From Microthyrium microscopicum (Eukaryota), in assembly GCA_010405405.1 (NCBI GenBank), contig MU004241.1:1213359-1277358 (forward strand): 64,000 nucleotides of DNA, read 5' to 3'. Shown here piece after piece: positions 39,066-52,062 of the stretch (the stretch's first letter is position 1; each line of letters starts with the position of its first letter). Under the pieces are notes generated by a model, which saw only the letters and a program-made list of their open reading frames with translations, was not told the DNA's origin and searched no databases. The translations under genes and the position numbers were made by a program.

Positions 39066-39900
39066 ATATTATTATTATTTATAATACGCTATTTAATATT
39101 ATCTCTTTACCTAATCTTTTTATTAATATTAGCTAATATATTTATAGCTAAAGATATAATATTTATTATAGTCTTCTTCTTTATAAAGTAATTTTAAGTT
39201 CTATAGACTTAAACTAATTAATTATAAGCCTCTACTACTACTACTATATTATTAGTAGTAATTATAGGTTTAAAGGTTATTAGTAGAGTAAGTATTTATA
39301 CTAAAAGAGGAATTTCTTTAATATTTTTATTAGGCTAAGCTATATCTTTAGCCTAATTAGTTTATTCTTCCTTAAGACTATTAAAATTAATAACTAATTT
39401 ATTAGTAGGCTTTACTTCTACTATTTTATTCTTATTAATAATAATAAGAATATTAGTAAGAGTAGCTAGGAAGCGCTTCTTCTTACTTATTCCTATTGCT
39501 AAAGCGTCCTTTACCTATAAGGATTCTAAATAACCTACTTTAAGCTTCTCTTTAATAGCTTTTCTCTTCTTTAAATATGCTTTATAACTATTCTATACCT
39601 TAATAAAGCTATCTAAAGCTTATTAAGTTTTATTATATAGAATAGTATAGCCTAAGTATTTATTAATAACTTTATCTTACTATTACTTTATAACCTTATT
39701 AATAGCGCGCTTTAAAGTACCTTAAGAGAGTCTTTTATTAGGCTAAATACTAATTATAGTATAGAAGACTAAAATAGTTTAAATCTAAAATCTATCTATT
39801 TAATTTAATAATTAATTACTACTAGTATTACTATAAATATTATAGTTCTAAAGAGTATAATTTACTACTATATAAAAATTATCTTCTATCTATTTAATCT
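38885..39900 (-). pseudogene. Harbinger second ORF, putative Myb/SANT-like DNA-binding accessory protein (RIP-mutated, limits approximate)
   Basis: De-RIP frame FW..(n)..LKRAVDKVVK......E.SG......QQALDSFIEVW, ending in a coiled-coil-like LRKEVDGL...ELLKSL. Convergent to the transposase, inside the TIRs. Confidence 0.5.
38989..39063. repeat. (TAC)25 microsatellite inside the Harbinger second ORF
   Basis: Uninterrupted TAC run, read directly. Confidence 0.92.
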
Positions 39901-40826
39901 TATATCTTTAACTTATAGTTAAAGTATTAAATATAGCTAAAGCGTATTCTATACTAAGAAGTAATATATATATATTTTAAATAATAAGATATTAATAAGA
40001 GTAGAATTAAGCTATTAATATTAAGATACCTAAATAATTACTTATTAGCGCTAATTCTTAAAGTAATTCCTAGTACTAATCTTTAAAAAGCTAAGATTCC
40101 TTAACCTACTAGTTTTAAGTATATTATAAGTAATTCTAAGTTAATTCTTAATTCTAAGCTTCTTAAATTTACGTACTAGTTATTACTATATTACTTTAAG
40201 ATTTTTTAAAAGATTCTAATAGTAATAAAGAGAATAATATTAATTTTATTAGTAACTCTATTAGTATAGAATTAATATTAGCGTAAGCTATTAAATATAT
40301 ATATAGAAATTAAGTAATTTAGGTTCTTAGTATCTTTACTAATAAAAGATATAGATTTAAATAGTATAATATTATTATATTTAGAAAAATAAGAATATAT
40401 AGTCCTTTAATATCTATAATATTTATAATAACTTAATATTAACTTAACCTTAGCGCTATTCTAAAATAAGTTAATTATAAGTTAAGATAAGAAGTAAAAG
40501 TAGAGTATAAGTTAATTTTACTTAGTAAAAATAACTTTTACTCTTTTGCGCGCTATTCCTATTTAAGGAGTAAAAACGCCTTCTGAGTACCCTTGGATCG
40601 CGATCCGAGGGTACTCCAAATGGCCTGCCGACCCTCTCCACTAGAAGGTGCGGGACACATCTGGGTCATTCTCAACACCAACCACTTCACCAACTCCAAA
40701 TTCTCTCCATATATATCTCCAGCTTGGGCTCATTCAAGTAACACTCCATTTCCTACACACAATTTGAACCCTATACCAATCCGCAACCCTTATTACTCCA
40801 GTCACATAGAGCACAAACCCTTAAGC

Positions 40827-41393
40827 ATGGCTGCCCCTCCCAAGGATTTTGATGCCGAAAATGCCGACAACTTCGAGGATGTTAGTCAAAGTTCCCAATA
40901 AGTCAATGTGTCTCCCGGTACTAACAGATCATAGATCGAGAAGCAGTTTGCTGTCAAGACCGTCCAGCACATGATGACCTACTGGCAACTACTCGAGAAC
41001 ATCCCAGGCTCCAAGCTACGACTTACCAAGTTTGATGACGAGATTCACGAGCACCTCAAGACCGCCTTCCCCGACTTTGACCCTGCGGCTACAATCGACG
41101 AAGACAAGATGAAGAGCAAGGGGGGCAAAGAGCTATGGCGGAACTTCATGAACGAATACGAGAATAAGATCGAGGATTACAACTTTGGAACTATGCTGAG
41201 ATCCAACGCCAAGTTCGAGTATGGCGAGAAGGAAACGATATTCGGTGAGAAACCCCGTGAATCGAATTAGCGATCAAAGCTAACCGGTTCTAAAGCTATG
41301 CGGATGCAATTTTATGCCATTGAAATTGCGCGGAACAAACTCGGCCTCAACGACTGGATATACGAGAAGAACCAAGCAGACAAAAAGAGCTAA
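40827..41393 (+). CDS. PBDC1/YPL225W-like (DUF757) protein, 3 exons
   Basis: FDAENADNFED/IEKQFAVKTVQH...LRLTKFDDEI...MKSKGGKELWRNF...IEDYNFGTMLR...ETIF/AMRMQFYAIEIARNKLGLND; introns 40881-40934 and 41245-41295. Confidence 0.88.
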
Positions 41394-41748
41394 CTGAGCT
41401 CTTCTAGTTCGCCAAAGCTCAATCTTCCCCTTCTTCCATGTCTATTTTAATAATACAGCCCATGTGGTGGGCGAATACCCAAGGAATGCGATGTCATGTA
41501 GAGAACAATATCAAGCCTGTACGATGAACAATAGGAGTTGTGTGACATGACTTATGATACTATGGTTTTCAATGGTCTATTTACTCTGTATTTTTATTTT
41601 GCGTCTATACTTTGTTTCTGAGGTGATACCTGTTTATTATTCTGTGCCCCTCAGACTCCACGCGCAGTTTTCGTGGTGGTGGGCTTTCATCTATATTCGA
41701 ATCCCCAGTCCCATCACAACTCACGCTCAACTTCTCTTAGAGGTCACG

Positions 41749-44700
41749 ATGAGACGAAATGGCGACTCTGCTTCTAACCCACCGATCTCATCCCGGCGCA
41801 AGTCTGCGATTTCCAGGACATCTGCAAACACAATGTCGAAAGCCTCTCGGACACAGTCAGTGGATTCCTCTGCCAAATCCCAACAACCGAAATGGAAAGC
41901 GCTCTTCAACTTCACCACACGCAAGCACCTACCTTTTCTCATACTTGCCGTCATCAGCTCTGCAGCGGCTGGAGCTGCTGTACCACTCAACTCCTACCTC
42001 ATTGGAAAGGTGTTTGGTGCCTTCACAAGCTTTGCCGCCGGGCAAATTGAAAAAGATGCCTTCAAGCATAACATTGCGACTTATAACATCTATATCGTCA
42101 TCATCGCTGCATCAAACTGGCTCTTCGCGTCCTTTGCGTTCTTCCTATGGCACACCTTTGGTGATCTACAGGCTCGAAGTGCAAGAGAGAGGCTGTTTAA
42201 TGCACTTTTGGTACGGCAGGTGGAATGGTTCGATCGAAGAAGAGACGGCGTGGGTGCTTTGACTACAAGAATACTTGGGTATGATCTATCGATGTTCACT
42301 TTTCTTTTCTAATCAAACTGCTCAGTTATATTCAAGAGCTGCGAACAGCGACATCGCATCCACTCAACTTGACCACGCAATATCTGGGAACCACCATTGG
42401 ATCATTCATCTTGGCTTTCTATCTCTCCTGGAAACTCACCTTGGTGATAATTGCCGGTATCCCATTGATCATCGTTCTAGTACCAGTCTTTTCAGCTCGA
42501 GTACAGCCAAACATAACAGCTCAAGCCTCCAAACTCAGTGAAGCTTCCAAACATACCGGCAACGCGATTGGCTCCATTGAGACCGTCAAGTGCTGCAATG
42601 GTGAGGCATATGAACTACGAAATTACACAGATGCGCTACGCGCTGCCGCGGTTTTCTTCAATCGACAAGTTGCCTGGAATGCGCTCCAAAATTCAATCAT
42701 TCGATTTCTCTCCCTCACCATGTTCGTTCAAGGCTTTTGGTTTGGCACTATACTGCTAGATAAAGGTCAAATCAGCGCAGCCGAAATTGTCAGTGCATTT
42801 TGGGGCGCGAGTCTGGCAGTGCAATCTTTGATGCAGGTGATGCCTCAGCTCGTGATGCTTGAGAAGGGAAAGGCTGCTGGACATAGACTTCGGGCCGCCA
42901 TGGCATATATGGAACTCAATGCTAGTGACATTGATCCAAACGTTGCAAAGCAGCCGGAGATATGTGCGGGCGATATCACATTCAAACAGGTATGTACCCA
43001 CCCATAGTCTTGCACACTTTACTAATACAGTCATCAGGTGTCTTTTGCGTATCCTTCTCGCGCCTCCCAGCCTGTGCTCAGAAATGTAGATATGTTCTTT
43101 GCCGCAGGAGAAACTACATTTGTGGTTGGTAAAAGTGGTTCTGGGAAGAGTACCATCGGACAACTACTTCTCAAATTCTACAAACCGTCGAGTGGAGATA
43201 TCGACCTGGACGGCAACTCTATTCTACCAGTGGACCCAGCATGGCTACGACGCAAAATCCTCCTCGTTGAGCAGCAAAGTACTTTGTTTGCCACGTCAAT
43301 TCGCGAAAATATTGCTCTAGGCAGATATCCTCAACGATCGGATGCTTTTGAGGTGTTTGACGCAGCAAAATTTGCCAAGGTCAAGGAGGCCATTGACGAC
43401 CTACCGAATGGCTTCAAAACACGACTCACAAGTAAAGGACAGTCGTTGAGTGGCGGCCAGCGTCAGAGAGTTGCAATTGCACGAGCGTTCATTCGAGACC
43501 CTCCTATACTGATTCTCGATGAGTCTACAAGTGCTCTCGACTCCATAAACCGGACACAAGTCCTCGAGGCCATTCGACGTTGGCGTAAAGGCAAGACTAC
43601 CCTAATAATTGCTCATGATATCACTCAGATTGAAGAGGAAGACTTTGTGTACGTGATGAGAGACGGCAAAGTGGTACAAGAAGGTTTTCGCAAAGCCATT
43701 GAAGTGATAGAAGGCGGCGCTTTTCACGACCTTTTATCTTCACTTGATGAAGAGGAGGACGACATGCCAAATCTCCCAGGAGAACCCGATCCTCAAATCG
43801 ATGCTTTTGAAGAATTTCGCCTGAATTCGCAGCGACATACTTCAACCTTTGACGATCTCTTCGACTTGTACCTGGACGAAGAAACTGACCCAAAGAGTCC
43901 CTACATCCCGACTGTCTTTGGTGGCGGACAAAGCACAGTCGGCAAGCATCATTCAGTCATGGGAACAGTATCATTTGCAGCACCTTTATGGAGAATGGGT
44001 CCGGTTTCGCCTGCATCGAAGAGAAAGGCTATCATTGAATTAGATGATGAGGATGACGCTGGATCACTGACTGAATCCGAAGATTCGGCCAAAAAGATCC
44101 TGGATAGGGTGCGAGACATCACAACCATGAAACCCATGGCTCGAAGAGCCTCTTTATACCTTGAGCAAATCGTAACAAGAAAGTCAGATAGACGATCGAG
44201 ATTGCTTTCAAACTTCGAAGAGTTTGAAATAGATGCTCTACCAAAACCGAAAAGGCGTAGAAAAAAGAAAAAGAACATCGCAGAGTCTGGTATATCCGTG
44301 GCTTTAGGCATGAGAGAGATCATATACTCTATATGGCCTCAGTTCAGTGGCAGAGAACGCTGGTATATACTGGTGGCAACTGTAAGCTGTATTATCATAG
44401 CAGTTTCGACTCCGCTCTTCTCTTTCGTCTTGGCCAAGCTCCTATCGACATTTTCTGTCCCTGAAGGTCGCAAAACCAAAGCTGCTCACTACTCATTAGC
44501 TATCCTAGGGATTGCTGTTGTTGATACGATATCGACTTTTCTACTGAACATGGGCATGTTTGGAGCCGGCCAGCTATGGGCTAACAAACTTCGAATTCAG
44601 GCACTTGGATCGGTCTTGGCTCAGCCACGAGAGTTCTTTGACGATGAGAAGAATAGCGCTTCCAACATTTCAGAAACCCTAGACAACCATGGCGAGTCTA

Positions 44701-46190
44701 TGCAACGGGTTGTCAATGTTTTCTTAGGTTCAGTGCTCAGTGTCACCGTCATGTGTAGCACCGCAATCATCTGGAGTCTTGTTACATGCTGGAAGCTTAC
44801 TCTTGTTTTGCTTGCTTGTTCTCCCATAATATGGGCAATATCTCACGCTATGCAAACAGTAAGTGGAAAATTGGACGAGCAGTATGCTTCAGCGGCTGAA
44901 AAGTCCGGGTCCATTTTCACAGAAACTTTCACCAGTATCAAAACCGTCCGTTCGCTGACACTGGAGAATTACTTCCGCAACAAACACCAAGAGGCCTCCC
45001 AAAACGTCCTGAGCATAGGCATTCAACGGGCAGTATACTGTGGTGTTATATTTGGGCTATCGGAAAGCACTGTTACCTTCCTAACCGCCCTCATCTTTTA
45101 CTATGGTGGTGTCCTTCTTGTCTCCGGCGACTTCTCGCTCAGCCAAATCTTCCAGGTTTTTGCCCTCCTGCTTTTCAGCGTCTCCAACTCTGCTATGATC
45201 ATGGCCTCCCTCCCGCAAATGAGCGTCTCTCGTGACGCCGCCAATCGCGTCCTCCGCCTTGCATACCTCCCACACGAAAGTCATGAGAAGTCCGGCACCG
45301 CTCAGCCCACGTCCGTCGGCAATATCGAGCTACACAACGTCTCCTTCGCCTACCCATCACGTCCTCTCGCTCAAGTCCTCAAGAACATCTCCCTCACAAT
45401 CCCTCAAGGCCACTGCGTCGCCCTCGTCGGCCTTAGCGGCAGCGGCAAAAGCACAATCACTAACCTCCTCCTCAAACTCTACCCAACTGCCAATATCTCC
45501 ACCGATGACACTGACAATACAATCACACTGGCCCACCAACCACTGAGTGACATTCATACGCCTCACCTCCGCACCCTCATCTCCATCGTCTCTCAAACTC
45601 CCATCATCTTCCCCGCAACTGTCGCCGCCAACATCGCCTACGGCCTACCCGCAAGTTCCCCACTCGCTAGCATATCTTCCATAACCGCCGCTGCAACTGC
45701 CGCTGGCGCACACGAGTTCATAGTTAGCCTTCCTCACGGCTACGACACGCTTCTCGGCGACGGCGGAACAGGATTAAGCGGTGGTCAGGCACAGCGTATT
45801 GCTGTCGCACGCGCGTTGGTTCGGCAGCCGCAAGTACTCGTCCTTGACGAAGCAACATCAGCTCTCGACAATGAATCGGCGGCACAGATCCGAGATACCC
45901 TCAGGCGGCTGCTGAGTGCTGATCGAGCGGGCGAGAAACGGCGGTTGACGGTGCTGATTGTGACGCATAGCAAGGAGATGATGCGGGTAGCGGACTGGGT
46001 GTGTATGATGGAGCGTGGACGTATAGTGGAGATGGGTGAATGGGACGAGTTGATCAGCCAGCAAGGCCGATTTGCTGAATTGGTACGAGGGAGAGCGTTT
46101 GAGAAAGATGAAGCGCGCGTGCGAAGAAGAAGTATGTTGGCTATGTCCAAGGTTGGAGGTATTGTACCGAATTGGGAGATGGGTGGGTAG
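41749..46190 (+). CDS. Full-length ABCB transporter, STE6/HST6-like pheromone exporter (2 introns)
   Basis: TMD-NBD-TMD-NBD layout. Walker A GKSGSGKS and GLSGSGKS, two LSGGQ, Walker B ILDEST and VLDEAT; N-terminal WKALFNFTTRKH. Introns ~42279-42325 and 42990-43037. Confidence 0.85.
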
Positions 46191-46348
46191 TTTTGTATTA
46201 TTGTTGGAGTATGTACTAATAGAAGGTTCTGGCGTTCAAAATCGCTACATGTGTCGTCCCGTTCGTCATAACTCCTCTTCTATGCCTTTTTATATCATAC
46301 AATATCTTCCCCATCCACAATCCCATACCAACCACCCAATCTCACCCA

Positions 46349-47037
46349 TCACCGCTCCCCCTCCCAATCCCTAACAACATCAACAACCTCCGTCCTCCCA
46401 ATCCTCCCCACCACACCACCCTCCAACCCAAACCTCTTCTCAATCTCCCCACTCCCAACCCCCGCCCCCTTCATCCTCACCGCCTCCCTCAACGTCCCCA
46501 CATCCACAAACCTTCTCCCCCTGAACCCCGCGCGCGCAATCCCCTCCTCCTGCTCCTCATGCTGTCTCTGCAACTGCGCGCGCGCCCGTAGTACCAACAA
46601 CGCTGGATTATTCGTCGCCGCTTCCGCCCAGTCTTCCTGTGGTGTCGAGGAGGGTGTGGAGGAGGACGGGTGGTAGTCGCGTGGTTGCGTTTGGATGGGG
46701 GAGGGTGAGGATTGCGCGGAGAGGGGGATGAAGGGGTTGGGGGGGACGACGCCGAGACTATGCAGACGGGCGGCGAAGGCGGGGTCGCGGAGATCAGAGG
46801 ATATGTCTGGAGACTTTGTTAGAATGGGTTTTGGAGGGAGGGGAGGGGGTGCTGACTTGGGGGTTTGGTGGTGCTGGGTGGAGGTTGTTGTTGCGATGGT
46901 GGTGATGGGGGTGTTGGTGGTTGTTGCTGGCGCGGTGGGAGTTGGGTGCGGACGGCGGGCGAGGGGGTGGATGGGAATGTTCGGACGCGGGGAGTGTGTG
47001 TTTTTGGTTTGGCGATTTTGGATTTAGAGGCGCCCAT
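46349..47037 (-). CDS. Small fungal protein, Pro-rich N-terminus and C-terminal HTH-like segment (one intron ~46808-46856)
   Basis: MGASKSK start (possible N-myristoylation), DPAFAARLHSLG, NPALLVLRAR, GRRFVDVGTLREAVRMK..GVGSGEIEKRFGL. Confidence 0.65.
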
Positions 47038-47393
47038 TGCTGAGGAATTTGTAGGGGCGGAGTTGTGGAAGATTGAAGTTGGTGGTGATGCAGGTCGAAG
47101 CTTTGTCAAAATTTTGATGTCATTGATTTTTTTGTCCACCCAACGGAAACCATCATACTGCCAGTGTCATATTTTGTTGGGTTCTTTTTGAATCTGAGCA
47201 AGAGTCTAGGCTATTCAGCTGAAGATAATTGGTCATATTTTGGAACTCCTGAGCCTTTCTATAATACAATTGTGAACGACTATCCCTCAAGCGCCATTCA
47301 TAACGCGACCTTCTGATACATAATCAACAGCTCCTGCCAACACCATTGCACACATATTCAAAATATACACTGCTCGACTTGATCCTATACAGC

Positions 47394-48337
47394 CTATCGC
47401 TCGCCGTTTAGTCTACGTTCTTGTACCTCGGTCAAAGCACCACTTCCACTCAGGAAGGCGATCACACCGAATACACCTGCTACAGGCAACATGGTGAATA
47501 GCCGCCAGCTAACATAGTATTGCCAAAATACCCATTCCATGCCGATAATACTTCCGAAAAAAAGAGCATGGCTGACTGGTGCAGCTCCAAGCGCCTTTTG
47601 AAGGTGGTTCATATTTGCACCTAGCATTCCCCATGCGATCAACAAAACCGGTAGGCACGCAAGGACACCAAATGTGAAGACCAATGATAGAATCTTTGCT
47701 GGAGATTTGGGATCGTCCTTGAAGATATGGTGAATCTCTGGCTGGGCAGTGTAACGCGTGGGAGGAGATGCGGTTGCGGATGCTTCAGAAGGTGCGGCAA
47801 AGGAGAATGCGGTAGCTCGGAGAGCCTTTGAAGAGCCAAAGCTGCCGATGACAATGGAAGCTTCGAGAGATTTGTTGAGAAGGGCAGATGGGATGTCGGC
47901 GAATTTCTAGTCATTGTCAGTATGCATCCTTCCAAGTCAGATTGTCGCAACGGTTTTGACGTACAACATCAAGCTTGGCTTTTCCATCTTTGTCAACCTT
48001 CATAGGAAATGATTCTTCAAGACCAGAAGCTGGGCTCTTGATCGCAACGAAGGCTTGATGCGGCTGTCGTGGTTTTCCGCCGTTTGTAATGGTTAAAGCG
48101 ACTCTTATGAAACCCGTTGATTTTAGTTCGAGTTCTTTTGTGATAGCCTTGTCTGCAGAGAATCTTGAATCCGAATTAGTCGTCTGTTCGTGCAAACTAT
48201 ATGTGTCAAGCTTACTTTGTCTTAGAGCCAGCTTCACCCCTTGATTCTTGGACTTGTACTGTAGCATCTTCAAAGCTCCAATTTGCAGCCGAAGCAAGGC
48301 CAGCGGCCAGGAGGCCGGCGATAACAGCAAATCGCAT
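47394..48337 (-). CDS. SWP1: Oligosaccharyltransferase delta subunit (ribophorin II), 2 introns
   Basis: Signal peptide MRFAVIAGLLAAGLASA, PHQAFV, PEIHHIFKDDPKSP, three C-terminal TM helices, FLSGSGALTEVQERR. Confidence 0.88.
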
Positions 48338-48681
48338 AGTTATTATGTTCGTAAGGATTATTGCGGGATGGGAGGTACTTGTCGATTATTTTGGAGAAGT
48401 GACAAGTGTTTCTAACATTGAAGATGAAGCACGGACATTTATGCCAAGACAAAGATGATCCGATAAGATTGGTGATGCGTTGTCCAGACAACCATTTCTG
48501 CACATGATATTTCGTCAACAAGGGCCCTCAACTCAGCTCCAACTTCTAAACATCTCCCCACACCACTTTACTTTCTACCCAAACAATTCCACACCAAGTT
48601 CGCCAACTTTATTCTCGAAAACGCTCCAAATCGCGTAAGATCGCGCCAATTCATCCAAAGCTTGCTGAATCTCGAATAATC

Positions 48682-51596
48682 ATGGTTCAAACACGCTCCC
48701 GATCCAAACCTAATCCGCCTGCTGCGGCAGAGCCACCCAAACCAAAACGAGGCGCGAAAGCCTCTGGCGCGACAGCTGCATCCGCCGCAAAAACCAAGAC
48801 AGCATCAAAGAAGAAGAAGGAAGAGAACGTTCAAGAGCCGGAAGTTGCAGTTCAGCTTGAGGAGTCGAAACCGGATAATGCCTCATCTAGAGCCAAGCCG
48901 AAAGTCACCGCTGCTAAGCCTGCTCCAAAGACATCATCAAAACGCAAGGCAGTCGACCCGGTGGAAGATGAGCCGAAAGCTACACGCATGCGAAAAACTT
49001 CCGCAACAACTAAAGCTCCAGTGGTTGACGAACCCAAAACTACACGCGCCCGAAAAGTCTCTGCAACTGCTAAAGCATCTTCTCTGAAACCTGCTACCAA
49101 AACAACTGCCAAGGCAGACACTGCACCAGCAAAACCCACTCGCGCCCGAAAAGTAGTTCAATTTGCCGAAGAAACCATTGCCGATGAGGAAGAGAAGCCT
49201 GCTCCAACTATTACTCGTTCTACTCGTGGCCGAAAGCCTTCAGCAACGGTGAAACCCATTGAAAAGCCGGCACCAGCCAAAGCTGTTGCAAAGCCAGCTG
49301 CGAAGCAAGCTACAAAGCCAACCGCTAAGCCAGTTGCTAAGTCAATTCCCAAACCAGCTGCTAAACCAGCGGCAAAGGTCTCAACCCTCAAGTCCTCAAC
49401 TCTAGGCAAGCCCATTCGAGGCCGCAAGCCAGGAGCTAAATCAGCAACCATTCCAACTGCATCTGTTTCAAATGCACCAACCGCCATCCCTACAGTACTC
49501 GAGCCAGTACTAGAGCCTACTGCTCCAGCATCACCGCTTAAGGTATCTCCCATCAAGCCAGGACCCAACTTTGCTCTGAGTGTCCCAACACCAGCCATTC
49601 TCGCCCCATCTCTACTATCCACTCAGGCCTCTCCCTTCAAATCTCTTGGTAGTCCTATGCGACCACCACCAAAATCACCATTCCTTAGGCATGGCGCTAC
49701 ACCACTCCATGCATCTAGCCCAACGGGCACTAAACCAAACCTCCAAGCCATCAACTTCAATCCACTCCTCACATCCCCCATGCGCTCGGCCAAGAAACCA
49801 ACTCACTCCAACGACAAGCCCGATCTCCCGGCTGCAGATTACAATCCCCTCCAAACCTCGCCAGTACGCTCGGCTAAAAAGCCAGCACCATCAACTGACT
49901 CACCTTCACAACTGACTCCCGCTCTTTTCCGATCCATGGGAACACCTATCCGTCGAAACCTCGCACATAAGATGCTGAGCATGACGCAGGGTCCGTCGAA
50001 GCGTAAGCTTGAAGACCCATCTGGCCCACAGAGCGCAATTGGTCCTAAGCGCGTCAAAATGACAGATACACCAACTCGCCCTGGTACTGGAGAAGTTGAC
50101 TTCAACCTTGGCGCGAGATTGAGTGCTCTACGTCGTCCACTACGACTTGGTAGTGTGAAGAAAGCTGTCACATTCAAGAGTCCTACTATCGAGAGCGAGG
50201 AAGAGGTCGGTATCGAAGAACCTAGTCCATCTCGCAAGAGCCATGTGTTCCATCGTATCTCGGCCGTAACTGAAGTTACTGAGCCCGAAGATGAAGATGT
50301 TGTTATGGCTGATGGGTTCATGGAGTTCGATGAGAGCGTTGTGATTCAGCAAGAACAGAGCGATGATGCAGTCTTGGTTGAAGAAACTGTTGTCGAGACT
50401 GAGCAGACTGCTATTGCTGCTCGTATCGAAGACGCTACTTTCCAACCTACTGCACATGATGCAGGGTTCGAAGACGCCATTCAAGATGAATTTGATCGTA
50501 TGGAAGTTGAAGAGGCGGCCATCGATAATCATGAAGAAGAGGATATGGCGATACAGGTTGAAGATTCGCTCTTTGACGAACCCGAAGTGGCTGAAGTCTC
50601 AGCCATGGATATCGGAGACGCGATTCTCGCCGTTTCTGAAGCCGCATCCCAAGCCCCTGTTGTAGTGGAGGAATCGCCTGAAGTGTTGTTTATAGCACCA
50701 TCTCCAACGAAGCCACAGACTGAAGCTGATGCTCAAGCTAATGCCTTGAACAAAACCTTCATGACCACCACTACAGATATCGACCCTGATAATGAAGAGG
50801 CGGCACGTATCGCCATGGAAATGATTGCTGAGGAGCAAGAAGAAGACGAGATTGAAGCTCGCGAGCATCTGGTTGCAGCGCTTAATGAGCCCATGCAGCT
50901 TACGATCCTCAACGGCATGGTCTTCTATGTTGATGTCTGGAGCGCTGATGGCACCAATGCTAATGAGTGGTTCGTGCCACTTCTCCAAGAGCTCGGTGCC
51001 ACTGTTGTTACAGAATGGACTGAAGCCATCACTCACGTTCTGGTCAAGGACGCTACGGAAGAGACTTTACAAAAAGTCATGGAGACTGAGGGCGCAGTGA
51101 AATGCCTCAATGTAGCATGGGCTGTCGAGTAAGCTCTACCCTCACCATTTGCAAACATAAGTACTAACAATACAATAGCTGTGAACGGTTCTTGACTCGT
51201 ATGCCAGAAGACCGATATGAGGTACTAGTTCCTCAGGACACCCTCTCATCTCCGCGTACTCCATTGCGTGCAGTCAATGGCAACACTCGCAATGCGACTC
51301 CTACAACTCGGAATCGTAAGTCGATGGCCAAGACTCCAGGCACAGTGAAGTTTCGCAAGGAGCTCCAGGAACTCATGTTCCAAACACCAGATTTCTCCAA
51401 GTTGGCCAAGGACGCTGATATGTTGAACGGTATTGAGAACAGCCCAATGACACAGGCATCTCCAACTCCTTTAGTGCAAAAAACTTGTCCACCAAAACAG
51501 ACTAATCAGTCGTTGCTGGATTCAGCGGGAGAGGAGAAGCGAAAGTTGTTCAAGGCTTCGCGAAAGAGTTTGGGTGCTGAATTGACGTTCCATTGA
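48682..51596 (+). CDS. Large disordered protein with a single C-terminal BRCT domain (intron ~51129-51178)
   Basis: LNGMVFYVDVWSADG...FVPLLQELGATVV.EW...ITHVLVK...CLNVAWAVD/CE BRCT pattern. K/A/P-rich N-terminus and acidic middle. Confidence 0.75.
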
Positions 51597-52062
51597 GGAT
51601 GGAGCTGGGGTAAGAAGGATGATGATGGTGTTTTACGATTGTGTGTTATGATTGTGTTTATGATTGATGTTTGGATGACTGGAAAGGGACTGATAAATTG
51701 TTGATTGTACTATGGGAAGTTTGAAATTGCACGATACCCATTGAAAGGCAGGGGCGTTGGGACATCAAAATGTTTGAGTCTACACTTGGTACTAGCAATA
51801 ATAATGATAAGTCTTGTACCATCAAGTATCTTTTCTTGCGATTGGCTCTGAATGCCTCCGTTAAGAGTCACAATGGGCATGGTTCAAGGATACAAGTGTT
51901 GCTTTTTAATATCCCGAATCGTCTCATCGTCCGCCAAACGCGTCCAACAGGCTCCAGTTTCAGGAACGCGTTATTAGATAAACTCGAGTCCCACTTTGGT
52001 TGTATGCGTGATTTGATCCGATCTATATATTCAATTCTGAACATTGATAACTTTACAAAATC

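Larger units (their letters stand above)
20896..40639 (+). mobile_element. RIP-inactivated PIF/Harbinger (PHIS) DNA transposon, ~3.4 kb native length, hosting nested Ty3 elements
   Basis: Perfect 15-bp TIRs GGAGAGGGTCGGCAG (20896-20910) and CTGCCGACCCTCTCC (40625-40639). 3-bp direct repeat ACT on both flanks (20893-20895, 40640-40642). Degenerate Harbinger-type DDE transposase plus a convergent second ORF. Confidence 0.85.

Noticed and set aside
20896..40639. Starship giant element or centromere
   Set aside because: No tyrosine-recombinase captain or cargo genes were recognised. The block is fully accounted for by TIR/TSD- and LTR/TSD-bounded elements. Centromere function cannot be inferred from sequence alone.
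40585..40644. Helitron 3' end (hairpin followed by CTAG at 40641)
   Set aside because: The hairpin is too far from the CTAG, no Rep/helicase remnant was seen, and a TIR with TSD explains the boundary.
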